A stretch of DNA of 64,000 nt from Parvibaculaceae bacterium (GTDB taxonomy: Bacteria; Pseudomonadota; Alphaproteobacteria; Parvibaculales; Parvibaculaceae): the NCBI GenBank assembly GCA_965216825.1, contig OZ244201.1, forward strand, positions 492,629 to 556,628, written 5' to 3'. Position numbers and translations under genes: made by a program. Below are positions 10,086-18,339 of this stretch, piece by piece. How positions within the stretch are numbered: the stretch's first letter is position 1; every line of letters starts with the position of its first letter. The notes below the pieces were generated by a model, which did not search any database, was not told where the DNA came from, and saw nothing but the letters and a program-made list of their open reading frames with translations.

Positions 10086-10165
10086 CCCGGTCCCCCGTTC
10101 TTTTCTCCCCTTTCAATAGACCGGTTGATCCGGGGAGGAAAGGTGCGCGGGAAGAAGGGGGAAGA

Positions 10166-10831
10166 TCAGCGGGCAGCGGCCTTGATGTCGTCGTAAGTGT
10201 GGATGCGGCTCGGACCGTCTTCGGCGAGCGCACTCACCATCGCCTGCGCGACGTCCCGCGCGGCGATGCCCCGGTATTTGCGGAGCGATCCCTGCAGGCC
10301 GAGATTGAGAAGGGGCGTGAGGCCCGCCGCCAGCATCTCCGCAGGGCGTGTCTCGTCCCGCTTGCCCAGAAGAACGCCCGGCCGGAAAATGTGACAGGAC
10401 GGAAAGCCCAGGGCCCGGATCGCCTCCTCGGTTTCCCCTTTGACGCGCGAATAGAAGATGGACGATTTGGGGTCCGCCCCGACGGCGGAGACAAGCGCGA
10501 ACCGGGTCACGCCTGCGTTGAGGGCGGCTTGCGCGAACGCGACCTCATAGTCGAAGTCGACCTGCCGGAAGGCCTTCTTGCTGCCCGCCTTGCGGATCGT
10601 CGTCCCGAGTGCGCAATAGGCTTCGTCGGCTTCCTTCACGCCGGCGCGAAGGGTGGTCTCCAGGTGGTCGAAATCGACCACATGGTTTTCGAGCTTGTCG
10701 TGGGTCAGGTCGAGATAGCGCCGCGTCACGGCAACCACCTTGGTGTGGCGTGGCGACGCCAGCAGAATATCCAGGAGTTCGGTACCGACGAGGCCGGTTG
10801 CCCCGGCGAGCAGGGCTGTACTTGATGACAT
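10166..10831 (-). CDS. NAD(P)H-binding atypical SDR (HTATIP2-like oxidoreductase)
   Basis: 221 aa with an N-terminal Rossmann motif LLAGATGLVGTELL. Confidence 0.7.
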   Translation of the reverse strand: MSSSTALLAGATGLVGTELLDILLASPRHTKVVAVTRRYLDLTHDKLENHVVDFDHLETTLRAGVKEADEAYCALGTTIRKAGSKKAFRQVDFDYEVAFAQAALNAGVTRFALVSAVGADPKSSIFYSRVKGETEEAIRALGFPSCHIFRPGVLLGKRDETRPAEMLAAGLTPLLNLGLQGSLRKYRGIAARDVAQAMVSALAEDGPSRIHTYDDIKAAAR

Positions 10832-10855
10832 TGTTTTTTGCCTTTTGGCGTTGGC

Positions 10856-12079
10856 TTATGGCGGTGTCGGCCCGGTATAGCGGGCGCGGGGACGGATCAA
10901 GCCAGGTCGTTGCTGTTGCTCGATCGCGTGGGCGATAAGCCCCGCGGTGCGTCCCAGTGCGAAAAGCGACAGGGCCGCGCCACGCGGCAGTCCAAACGTA
11001 GCGCCTATAGCGGCGAGGGCAAGGTCTACGTTGGGTTTTATCCCGGCTGCGGTCTTCATTGTCTTGATGACGGCGGAAACGCGGGCATAAGCGTCGCTGT
11101 CGCCCCGGTGTTCCTCCATGAAGCGCATCAGCATTTTCGCGCGAGGATCGCCGTCCGGGTAGAGCCAGTGGGAAAAGCCGGGCATTGGTTCCTGGTCGCG
11201 CAGGCGCTGCCGTACCGCCTCCACCGGGTCCGCTTCCGCGGAAAGGTCGCGTAAGAGGTTTTCCGTGCGCCGCGAAATGCCGCCATGCCGGGAGCCCTGC
11301 AGGGCGGCAAGACCGGCCATCACAGCGCCATAGAGCGTTGCGCCGGCCGCCGCCGTGGTGCGCGCGGTAAAGGCCGACGCATTGAGCTCGTGATCGGCAC
11401 AGAGCACCAGCGCCGCGCGAATGGCTTCGCCCGTCGTGTCGTCCTTGTTCCATGCGTGCTGCAGGACCTTGTGCACCGGTGCGGCGCTCGGGTCCGTTCC
11501 CGCGATGGTCGCGGCGACAAGGCGCAGAATACGCACGCCGGTGGCGGCCAGGCCCTCGGGTGTTGTGTTGAACAGCGTCGTGTCGGCGACCGCCGCAACC
11601 GGCAGCAGCGCGAGGCATTTGTCCACGGGCGGCAGATCGAGATCGAGGGGCGGCAGGGCGGGGGGAAGAACCTCCGACCGGAACGGGTTCGAGCCGCAAT
11701 CCCACAAAAGGGAAGCGACCGTCTCGAGCGTTGCGGTGGCCGCAAGCTGGGTGGCGTCCGACCCGCGGTAATAAAGCCGGCCGTCGGCGATCAGCGTGAT
11801 CGAGGAATCGAGCAGGGGCGGGCCGAAATTGAGGGCATAGCCCGCATCGTCCGGGGCGACTTTCGGCTCCCCGCTGCGGGCGGCGCGGCGGTCTTTCAGG
11901 CCGCGGACGTCCTCTGCGCGGTACCGCCGGGCGCGCGAGCGCGGCACCGGTTCGGAGCGGACCAGGTCGCGGCTCACATAGGCATAAAGCGTCGGCAGGC
12001 TCACGCCGAGTTCGGCCGCGGCCTCCTTTGCGGTGAGGTAAAGCGCGCCCTCATCGCCCGTATCGTCATGTCTTTTCAT
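10856..12079 (-). CDS. citrate-synthase-family protein with an N-terminal MerR/excisionase-type HTH
   Basis: The N-terminus (LTAKEAAAELGVSLPTLYAYVSRDLV) is an HTH_17-like motif. The remainder is citrate-synthase-like: ADHELNASAFTART, LQGSRHGG, GFSHWLYPDGDPRA, NVDLAL, GRTAGLIAHAIEQ. Confidence 0.8.
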   Translation of the reverse strand: MKRHDDTGDEGALYLTAKEAAAELGVSLPTLYAYVSRDLVRSEPVPRSRARRYRAEDVRGLKDRRAARSGEPKVAPDDAGYALNFGPPLLDSSITLIADGRLYYRGSDATQLAATATLETVASLLWDCGSNPFRSEVLPPALPPLDLDLPPVDKCLALLPVAAVADTTLFNTTPEGLAATGVRILRLVAATIAGTDPSAAPVHKVLQHAWNKDDTTGEAIRAALVLCADHELNASAFTARTTAAAGATLYGAVMAGLAALQGSRHGGISRRTENLLRDLSAEADPVEAVRQRLRDQEPMPGFSHWLYPDGDPRAKMLMRFMEEHRGDSDAYARVSAVIKTMKTAAGIKPNVDLALAAIGATFGLPRGAALSLFALGRTAGLIAHAIEQQQRPGLIRPRARYTGPTPP

Positions 12080-12082
12080 ACA

Positions 12083-12099
12083 TTGATTAGCTTAATCAA
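12083..12099. promoter_or_regulatory. perfect palindrome TTGATTA-GCT-TAATCAA in the divergent promoter region
   Basis: 7-bp arms read directly from the sequence. It lies 4 nt outside the start codon of the HTH-citrate-synthase gene and about 80 nt upstream of the divergent citrate synthase gene. Confidence 0.5.
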
Positions 12100-12176
12100 G
12101 ATTGACGGTCCTAGCAACCGGGGACAAGTTGAACACAGGAAACGCCCGGGCTGACTTTTCAGCAATGGAGAAAGAC

Positions 12177-13286
12177 ATGACCAACAAGAAAAACGAGACG
12201 CGCTCAACCGGTGGCCTGGAAGGCGTCGTCGCAGCCGAAACGGCCCTGAGCCGGGTGGATGGTGACGCCGGACGCCTGATCGTCGCGGGCCGGGACCTGC
12301 CCGACCTGGTGGCGGCGACCGACTTTGAAGGCGTGACGGCCGCCTTGTGGACGGCGGCGGGCGAAAAGGCGGACCCGGGCGAGGTTCGCCGGGCAATCGG
12401 CGCCGCGCGGGTCGACGCCTTCGGCCATGTGCCGGCGCTGCTCGAGGTGTGCGGCGGCCTCAACGTCATCGAGGCGCTGCGGGTCGGCCTGTCGCTGCTG
12501 CCGGACGTGCATGACCAGCCCGCGCATCTGCGTCTGGTCGGCGCCATGCCGGTCTTGGTCGCGGCGCTCGTGCGGCACGGGAAGGGCGAGGCGCCCGTCG
12601 CCCCCGATCCCGAGGGTGCGCATGCCGCAGACTATCTGCGCATGCTGACCGGCTCTGTGCCGGGAGAGGTCGAAGCACGCGCGATGGACGCCTATCTCAC
12701 CACCGTTGCCGACCACGGCATGAATGCCTCGACCTTTACCGCGCGGGTTGTCGCCTCGACCGATGCGGGCGCCGTGTCCTCGGTGCTGGCCGCACTGTGT
12801 GCGTTGAAAGGCCCCCTGCATGGCGGTGCGCCCGGGCCGGTTCTCGATATGCTCGACGGCATTGGCCGTGAGGAGAATATCGAGCCGTGGCTGCGCGCAG
12901 CGGTGATGAACGGCGAACGCCTGATGGGCTTCGGCCACCGCATCTACCGTGTCCGCGATCCGCGTGCCGACGTGCTGGGCGCGCAGGTCGCGCGGCTGGC
13001 CGGCGCGGGCGCGCGCACATCGTTCGCCCTCAAGGTGGAAGAAACCGCACGGGCCGTGCTGAAGGAGCTGAAGCCGCACCGGCCCCTGGACACCAACGTG
13101 GAGTTCTATACGGCGCTCCTGCTTGAAGCGCTGGGCATTCCGCGCGATGCGTTCACGCCGACCTTCGCTGTCGGCCGGGTTGCCGGATGGACGGGCCACA
13201 TCATGGAGCAGGAGAAAGTGGGCCGCCTGATCCGCCCCTCCGCCCGCTATGTGGGCGCCCTGCCGGATGATCTCGAAGTCGCCTGA
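12177..13286 (+). CDS. citrate synthase / 2-methylcitrate synthase family protein (about 370 aa type)
   Basis: GLEGVVAAET, ADHGMNASTFTARV, LKGPLHGGAPG, GFGHRIYRVRDPRA and GRVAGWTGHIMEQ motifs. The ATG at 12177 follows GGAGAAAG. The track ORF starts at 12102. Confidence 0.85.
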   Translation: MTNKKNETRSTGGLEGVVAAETALSRVDGDAGRLIVAGRDLPDLVAATDFEGVTAALWTAAGEKADPGEVRRAIGAARVDAFGHVPALLEVCGGLNVIEALRVGLSLLPDVHDQPAHLRLVGAMPVLVAALVRHGKGEAPVAPDPEGAHAADYLRMLTGSVPGEVEARAMDAYLTTVADHGMNASTFTARVVASTDAGAVSSVLAALCALKGPLHGGAPGPVLDMLDGIGREENIEPWLRAAVMNGERLMGFGHRIYRVRDPRADVLGAQVARLAGAGARTSFALKVEETARAVLKELKPHRPLDTNVEFYTALLLEALGIPRDAFTPTFAVGRVAGWTGHIMEQEKVGRLIRPSARYVGALPDDLEVA

Positions 13287-13295
13287 CCCGGCGGC

Positions 13296-13745
13296 TCAAC
13301 AGGGATCGAGCGAGTCGAACGCACGCTGGATGAGCCGGATTGCCGGCTCGTCCAGCAGTTCGGGATGCCACTCGCCGAACCGCAGGATCTGCCGTTCCAG
13401 CTGCTGATAGGTGGCATCGCGCGGCACCAGTGCGCACTGGTAGCGCTCCGTGTCGTTGTTCGGGTGGATCTTGTGGGTCCCCTCGTTTGCCTGCATTGCC
13501 TGCAGGCTGGAGAAGAAACCGCTGACATATTGCCGGCAATAGCGCGCCTTGCCGCGGATACGCGCATCGGGATCGGCAAGCGCCTGGTCGATGGCCTGCT
13601 GGCAGAAGGTGACGAGGTCGCGCCCGGTCTCGACGCGCACCCGCGCGTCAGCAGGGGACGCGAACAGCAATGCCAGGCAGATTGCGGAAACGGAAAACAG
13701 ACACCGTGGCGGGAGGAGGGAGGTCAGTCGCTGAAATCCGTCCAT
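13296..13745 (-). CDS. exported protein, tentatively Rap1a/Tai4-like fold
   Basis: Signal peptide ..CLALLFASPADA, then a cysteine pattern TFCQ..YCRQYVSGF..QCALVPRDATYQQL..WHPELLDEPA..DPC resembling Rap1a-type periplasmic immunity proteins. The start could be 13745 or 13769. Confidence 0.55.
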   Translation of the reverse strand: MDGFQRLTSLLPPRCLFSVSAICLALLFASPADARVRVETGRDLVTFCQQAIDQALADPDARIRGKARYCRQYVSGFFSSLQAMQANEGTHKIHPNNDTERYQCALVPRDATYQQLERQILRFGEWHPELLDEPAIRLIQRAFDSLDPC

Positions 13746-13948
13746 CGGTCCCAAAGACCTTCCACGCATTCGCCGGTCGAATACTGGCTTGTCAGCATCC
13801 GCATCGGCCGCTCCGCGAGATTGCCGATCGTGTCCTCCGCCATTTCCTGCGCAAGCGCCCGGCAGGGGTCCAGCGTGCTGTAAGTGCCGTAAAAGACGCC
13901 GCCGATGGCAATGGCGATCAGTGCAAGGCCGCTGATGATTGTACGCAT
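13724..13948 (-). CDS. small membrane-anchored hypothetical protein (74 aa)
   Basis: N-terminal TM helix MRTIISGLALIAIAIGGVFYG followed by a short two-Cys domain. Confidence 0.5.
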   Translation of the reverse strand: MRTIISGLALIAIAIGGVFYGTYSTLDPCRALAQEMAEDTIGNLAERPMRMLTSQYSTGECVEGLWDRWTDFSD

Positions 13949-13978
13949 GTCGGCTTCATTTCCTCCCCGAAGGCGCGA

Positions 13979-14287
13979 TCAGTACCGGATGCCGGAATTG
14001 TCCCGGCGTTCGTTGAAGATCGAGCGGTCGTCATATTGATTCTGCCCCCCGCATGACGCGTAGCCGTCGCCCCAGCCTGCACGGTATTTCTCGTCAGCCT
14101 CATAGAGTGCCTGATCGCGATGCACCGTATCCTTGAAACCCGAGACCCGCGTGTGGGCCGTCTGGCAGCCATCCGAAAAACCGGCTTTGTAAATGGGACT
14201 TTGTGTGACCGCCGGATCGCGTTCAAAGGCGCAGGCCGACAACACGAAGGCCGCGCAGACCAGTGGCAGAACCGGCAGTTTCTTCAT
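13979..14287 (-). CDS. small lipoprotein (hypothetical)
   Basis: MKKLPVLPLVCAAFVLSAC carries a lipobox (LSAC). The track ORF extends to 14317. Confidence 0.65.
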   Translation of the reverse strand: MKKLPVLPLVCAAFVLSACAFERDPAVTQSPIYKAGFSDGCQTAHTRVSGFKDTVHRDQALYEADEKYRAGWGDGYASCGGQNQYDDRSIFNERRDNSGIRY

Positions 14288-14568
14288 CGCAGACAGAGTC
14301 ATTTTCGCACTTCCCAACTCATTCGGCCGGATGGCCGTTTACGGGAATGACGATAACGGACTTTGGGCCCCTGCGCCAATCCGGCCCCGATCCGGCCTAT
14401 TTCCGCTTGCCCGCCGCCCTCGTGCCCGGGGCAGTGCTGGGTCAATCCCGGCACCGGCCCCTGAACCGGCGCAAAACCGGCAGGCGCCTGAGTCATTCTT
14501 CATGACATCTTAACGTCAAAAGCGTTGCATGAGGCCGGAAGGGCAAACATCCATCAGGGCTCACGTCC

Positions 14569-15654
14569 ATGTCAGTTTCGGATACAGAAATCGACAGCGT
14601 TTCCACAGGTCTCGCCGGCGAAGAGACAGGCGCGGAACGCCTTGCGCGCCGTCTGGGCGACATCGTCCTGACCGGCATGGGCACGCTTGCGCCGAACGAA
14701 CTTGTGCTGGCGGAAACCGCCCTGGTCGATCTTTTGCCCTATCTGCCCCCCGCCTTGAAACGCCGGTTTGCGGAGCGCATCGCGCCACTGGAAACGGCCC
14801 CCGGGGTCTTGTTGCGCGCCCTGCTCGACGAACCTTTCGACGTCGCCGAACCGATCCTGGCTGACGGCCAGGGTCTGACGAATTGCGATCTGGTACGCGC
14901 GGCCGATCGGGGCAAGCTGGCGCACCGACTGTGCATCGCGGGACGCCTGCAGGTCAGCCGTGTCGTCTGTGACGCCCTCGTCGAAAAGGGCGAGATCGCC
15001 GTCTTTAACAGGTTGCTCGCCAATACCGGTGCGGACCTGTCCCACGCGTCGCTGGAGCTGATGGTCCGCCGGTCGTCGGCAGAACCGGACCTCATTGCCG
15101 CGCTCCTGCGCCGTGCGGAACTGACACCCTGGTTCGCTCACATGATGTTCTGGTGGGCGGACGGTGACGAACGCGCCACAATCCTCAAACGTTTTTCCAT
15201 CGACCGGCGTGCGATCCTGGAAGCGCTGGCCGATACGGTCGATCTGGAATGTCTCGTCGGCGAAGGAGCGGCCGCGCTTCAATCCACCTACCGGATGTTG
15301 CGCCAGGCGCACAAGACGAGCGATGCGGAGTGGGAACATCTGTGGGGGGCCCTTGGCGAGGAGGCCTCTCAGGCGGCACTCGCCGAGGCGGCGGATATCT
15401 CGCCCGCCGCGGCAGCCTGGATTGTCTCCGACGAAGGCGGTGAGCCGCTCGCCATCCTCGGCAAGGCGCTGGGGCTGTCGCGTCGGGCATTCCGGGAACT
15501 GGCCGCGCGCATCAGCGCGGCGCGCATTTCGGGTGCTTACACGGAAAACGAACTGGAACGCGCCGCCGCCCTGTTCGACTCGGTCACCATGGAGCGCGCA
15601 GACTCCATTCTCCATCTCTGGGACCGGATCATTTCATCCGAGACGCAAGGCTGA
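14569..15654 (+). CDS. DUF2336 domain protein (copy 1)
   Basis: 361 aa, helical-repeat-like. It shares the architecture and the ..MFWW/MFWVV.. central motif with the 35777..36871 paralog. Confidence 0.7.
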   Translation: MSVSDTEIDSVSTGLAGEETGAERLARRLGDIVLTGMGTLAPNELVLAETALVDLLPYLPPALKRRFAERIAPLETAPGVLLRALLDEPFDVAEPILADGQGLTNCDLVRAADRGKLAHRLCIAGRLQVSRVVCDALVEKGEIAVFNRLLANTGADLSHASLELMVRRSSAEPDLIAALLRRAELTPWFAHMMFWWADGDERATILKRFSIDRRAILEALADTVDLECLVGEGAAALQSTYRMLRQAHKTSDAEWEHLWGALGEEASQAALAEAADISPAAAAWIVSDEGGEPLAILGKALGLSRRAFRELAARISAARISGAYTENELERAAALFDSVTMERADSILHLWDRIISSETQG

Positions 15655-15658
15655 AAGC

Positions 15659-16399
15659 TCAGCTGGCGACGCGTCCGGGCACGGGCGCGCGGAATGTACT
15701 GAGCGAGACCACCCGTTCGAGATCCGCCCGCGTGGAGCGTGCGGTTTCGATAATGTCGCCTTCCGCCCGGTCGATGAGGTCGAGAATTTCCTCGACCCCG
15801 GACAGGACCTGTTTCAGCCAGTCGTCGGCCTCGTCCGCGTTCGCCATGATGTCCTGCGCATCGGCGGCGAGCGTTGCGGCGGCCTGGCGCACCTGCGCCG
15901 TGTTGAAATCGCCCGGTCCCACGATCAGGTCCTCGATATGCCGGATCTGGGCGCGGATGTCGTTGACCTTCGCCGCCTGTTCGCGCATCGCCCGGTCGTC
16001 TTCGTCGACAACCGGCGCGAGATCGTCCAACGGCACACCGAGACAGGTGCCGATCGCCGTCATCGTGCGGAACGTACCGTCTTTCTTGCCGGTCTCGATC
16101 TCGGAGAGGTAGGCCGGGCTGATGCCGGCCGCGCGCGCAAGTTCCACGCCTTTCAGGCCGCGATGTTCGCGCCACACCCGCACCGGGTTCTCGCCGTCGG
16201 CGATGCGGTGCACGACTTCCGCCGGAATGAACACCGCCCGGTCGCCCAGCACCGCTTCGTGGGACGCCTTGATATCGGCAATATCGTCGGCGGCGCGCTT
16301 CAGCCGTTCATATTCCTGGACCGGGACCAGTGCATAGAGCGGGTCGCCCTCGGGCCCGCGAACCAGTTGCGGCTCTGAAGAGGATTTGGGTTGGGTCAT
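15659..16399 (-). CDS. XRE-family HTH antitoxin-like protein with a long C-terminal helical extension
   Basis: VPVQEYERLKRAADDIADIKA..IPAEVVHRIADGENPVRVWREHRGLKGVELARAAGISPAYLSEIETGKK matches the antitoxin class paired with RelE/ParE toxins. About 120 extra acidic, helical residues follow the HTH. Confidence 0.7.
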   Translation of the reverse strand: MTQPKSSSEPQLVRGPEGDPLYALVPVQEYERLKRAADDIADIKASHEAVLGDRAVFIPAEVVHRIADGENPVRVWREHRGLKGVELARAAGISPAYLSEIETGKKDGTFRTMTAIGTCLGVPLDDLAPVVDEDDRAMREQAAKVNDIRAQIRHIEDLIVGPGDFNTAQVRQAAATLAADAQDIMANADEADDWLKQVLSGVEEILDLIDRAEGDIIETARSTRADLERVVSLSTFRAPVPGRVAS

Positions 16400-16401
16400 G
16401 A

Positions 16402-16761
16402 TCAGGCGTTCCTTCTGTCGGCCGGTGTCGCCGTCTGTCCGGCAATCGTGAGGACGGTGAGGGCACTGCCGCTCCGTTCGAAAACGAAACGGAACCCGTC
16501 CGGAAACCGTCTCACGTGCCAGGTTTCTGTTAGTTCTTCGTCCTGCCGGTCGTCTGTGCGCATGGCGGCAAGCGCGTCGCGCAGGCGTGCCCTGTCTGCC
16601 GCGCCCAGGCGCGACATCTGGCGGAAGGCCTCACGGCTGTAGGCGATGCCGTGTTCGCCGCGCACCGAATTGAAATAGGCGACATTCTCACCGGACCGTC
16701 TGTCGCCGGTCGGGCTGGGATGTTTCGATGTCTCCAACGGGTCGTTCCTTCCTGCATGCAC
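16402..16761 (-). CDS. RelE/ParE-superfamily toxin-like protein
   Basis: IAYSREAFRQMSRL..RARLRDAL..WHVRRFPDGFRFVFERSGSALTVLTIA fits the RelE/ParE fold pattern. Its stop lies 2 nt before the XRE gene start, giving a HigB-HigA-like order with the toxin first. The N-terminal limit is uncertain. Confidence 0.55.
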   Translation of the reverse strand: MHAGRNDPLETSKHPSPTGDRRSGENVAYFNSVRGEHGIAYSREAFRQMSRLGAADRARLRDALAAMRTDDRQDEELTETWHVRRFPDGFRFVFERSGSALTVLTIAGQTATPADRRNA

Positions 16762-16962
16762 AGCCGGCTATCCGGTTCATCGGGGGTGTCCGGCAGGGCG
16801 GTTTATCGCCCGGCCGGTCGGTCCGCCGCATTCGGGTCCGCAATCAATGAACAAAGCCCCGGACCCTGAAACTTACTGCGATTCGCACCGGCGGCGGAAA
16901 TTGCTTCAATTAGACAAACCAGGCGCGGGGCATATGATACGCCCCTGTTCCAAACAAGCCGG

Positions 16963-18240
16963 ATGCGCCGTCTCATGCGTCAGCCGAAGATCCTCACCAC
17001 GATGCGGGACTATTCGTGGCCGCTGTTCAGTGCCGACCTGCTGGCCGGTGCGACCGTGGCCATGGTCGCGCTTCCGCTCTGTCTTGCCATTGCGATTGCT
17101 TCCGGTGCGGACCCGGTCAAAGGGCTCGTGACCGCGGTGGTCGGCGGCTTTTTCATTTCCCTGCTCGGCGGCAGCCGCGTCCAGATCGGCGGACCGACCG
17201 GCGCGTTCATCGTGGTCGTGTTCGGCGTCATCGCCGAACATGGCTATGACGGTCTTGTTCTGGCCACGCTCATGGCCGGTGTCATTCTGCTGGCCGCCGG
17301 GTATTTCAGGGTGGGCAACCTGATCGCCTTTGTGCCGGAGGCGGTCGTGAACGGCTTTACCATCGGCATCGCCATCATCATCGCCACGAGCCAGATCAAG
17401 GATTTTCTGGGACTGGGGCTGGAGAGCGTGCCTGCCGATTTTCTCGAGAAACTGCCCGCGCTCTGGGCGGCGCGTGACAGTGTGAGCATGACGGCGCTGG
17501 GGATCGCGGCACTGACGCTCCTGTCCATTGTGGGACTGAGACGCCTTGTGCCGAAATTCCCCGGCCTGTTTGTGGCCGTGGTTGCGGCCTCCGCCATCGT
17601 GGCCTTCGGCATGTTGCCCGTCGAGACGATCGCGTCGCGGTTCGGCGCTCTGCCCGATCATATACCGCTGCCCGCATTGCCGGCGGTGAGCGTGGAGCGC
17701 ATCGTCGAACTGTTGCCGGTCTCGATCGTTATTGCCTTTCTGGCGGGCGTTGAATCGCTGCTTTCCGCCATGGTGGCAGACCGGATGATCGGCGGCAGCC
17801 ACCGCCCGAACGCGGAAGTTGTCGCCCAGGGTGCGGCCAACATCGCCTCCGCCCTGTTCGCCGGCATGCCGGCAACGGGGGCGATTGCCCGAACCGCGAC
17901 CAACGTGCGGGCAGGCGGCAAGACGCCGGTGGCCGGCATCGTTCATGCCCTGATCATCCTGGGCGTCATGCTCTTTGCCTCGGCATGGGTGGGCTATCTC
18001 GCGCTGCCGGCCCTTGCGGCCGTCCTGATGCTGACCGCCTGGAACATGACCGAGCCGCACAAATGGCCGCAATATTTCGCGGCGCCGCCGAGCGACCGCT
18101 TTTTGCTGGTTGTCACGCTCGTGCTCACGGTTCTGGTCGACCTGACGGTCGCCATCGGCGTCGGGGTGTCGCTGGGGCTGGTGCTCAGGCTGCGCAAGGG
18201 CAAGGCGCCGCCGGACGAATGGACGCCGCCGCGCCGCTAG
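16963..18240 (+). CDS. SulP-family anion transporter, membrane domain only (no STAS domain)
   Basis: DLLAGATVAMVALPLCLAIAIASGA..GLVTAVVGGF..GGSRVQIGGPTGAF motifs. The protein ends about 25 aa after the last hydrophobic segment. The start (16963, 16975 or 17002) is uncertain. Confidence 0.8.
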   Translation: MRRLMRQPKILTTMRDYSWPLFSADLLAGATVAMVALPLCLAIAIASGADPVKGLVTAVVGGFFISLLGGSRVQIGGPTGAFIVVVFGVIAEHGYDGLVLATLMAGVILLAAGYFRVGNLIAFVPEAVVNGFTIGIAIIIATSQIKDFLGLGLESVPADFLEKLPALWAARDSVSMTALGIAALTLLSIVGLRRLVPKFPGLFVAVVAASAIVAFGMLPVETIASRFGALPDHIPLPALPAVSVERIVELLPVSIVIAFLAGVESLLSAMVADRMIGGSHRPNAEVVAQGAANIASALFAGMPATGAIARTATNVRAGGKTPVAGIVHALIILGVMLFASAWVGYLALPALAAVLMLTAWNMTEPHKWPQYFAAPPSDRFLLVVTLVLTVLVDLTVAIGVGVSLGLVLRLRKGKAPPDEWTPPRR

Positions 18241-18339
18241 GGTGCCAAGGCTGGACGCGGTCCGCGCGGGGTGCTTTGCTACGCTTCCAATCGCTTTGAG
18301 GCGTCGAACCGAACGCCGGCACCGGGGAGGAAAACCGCC

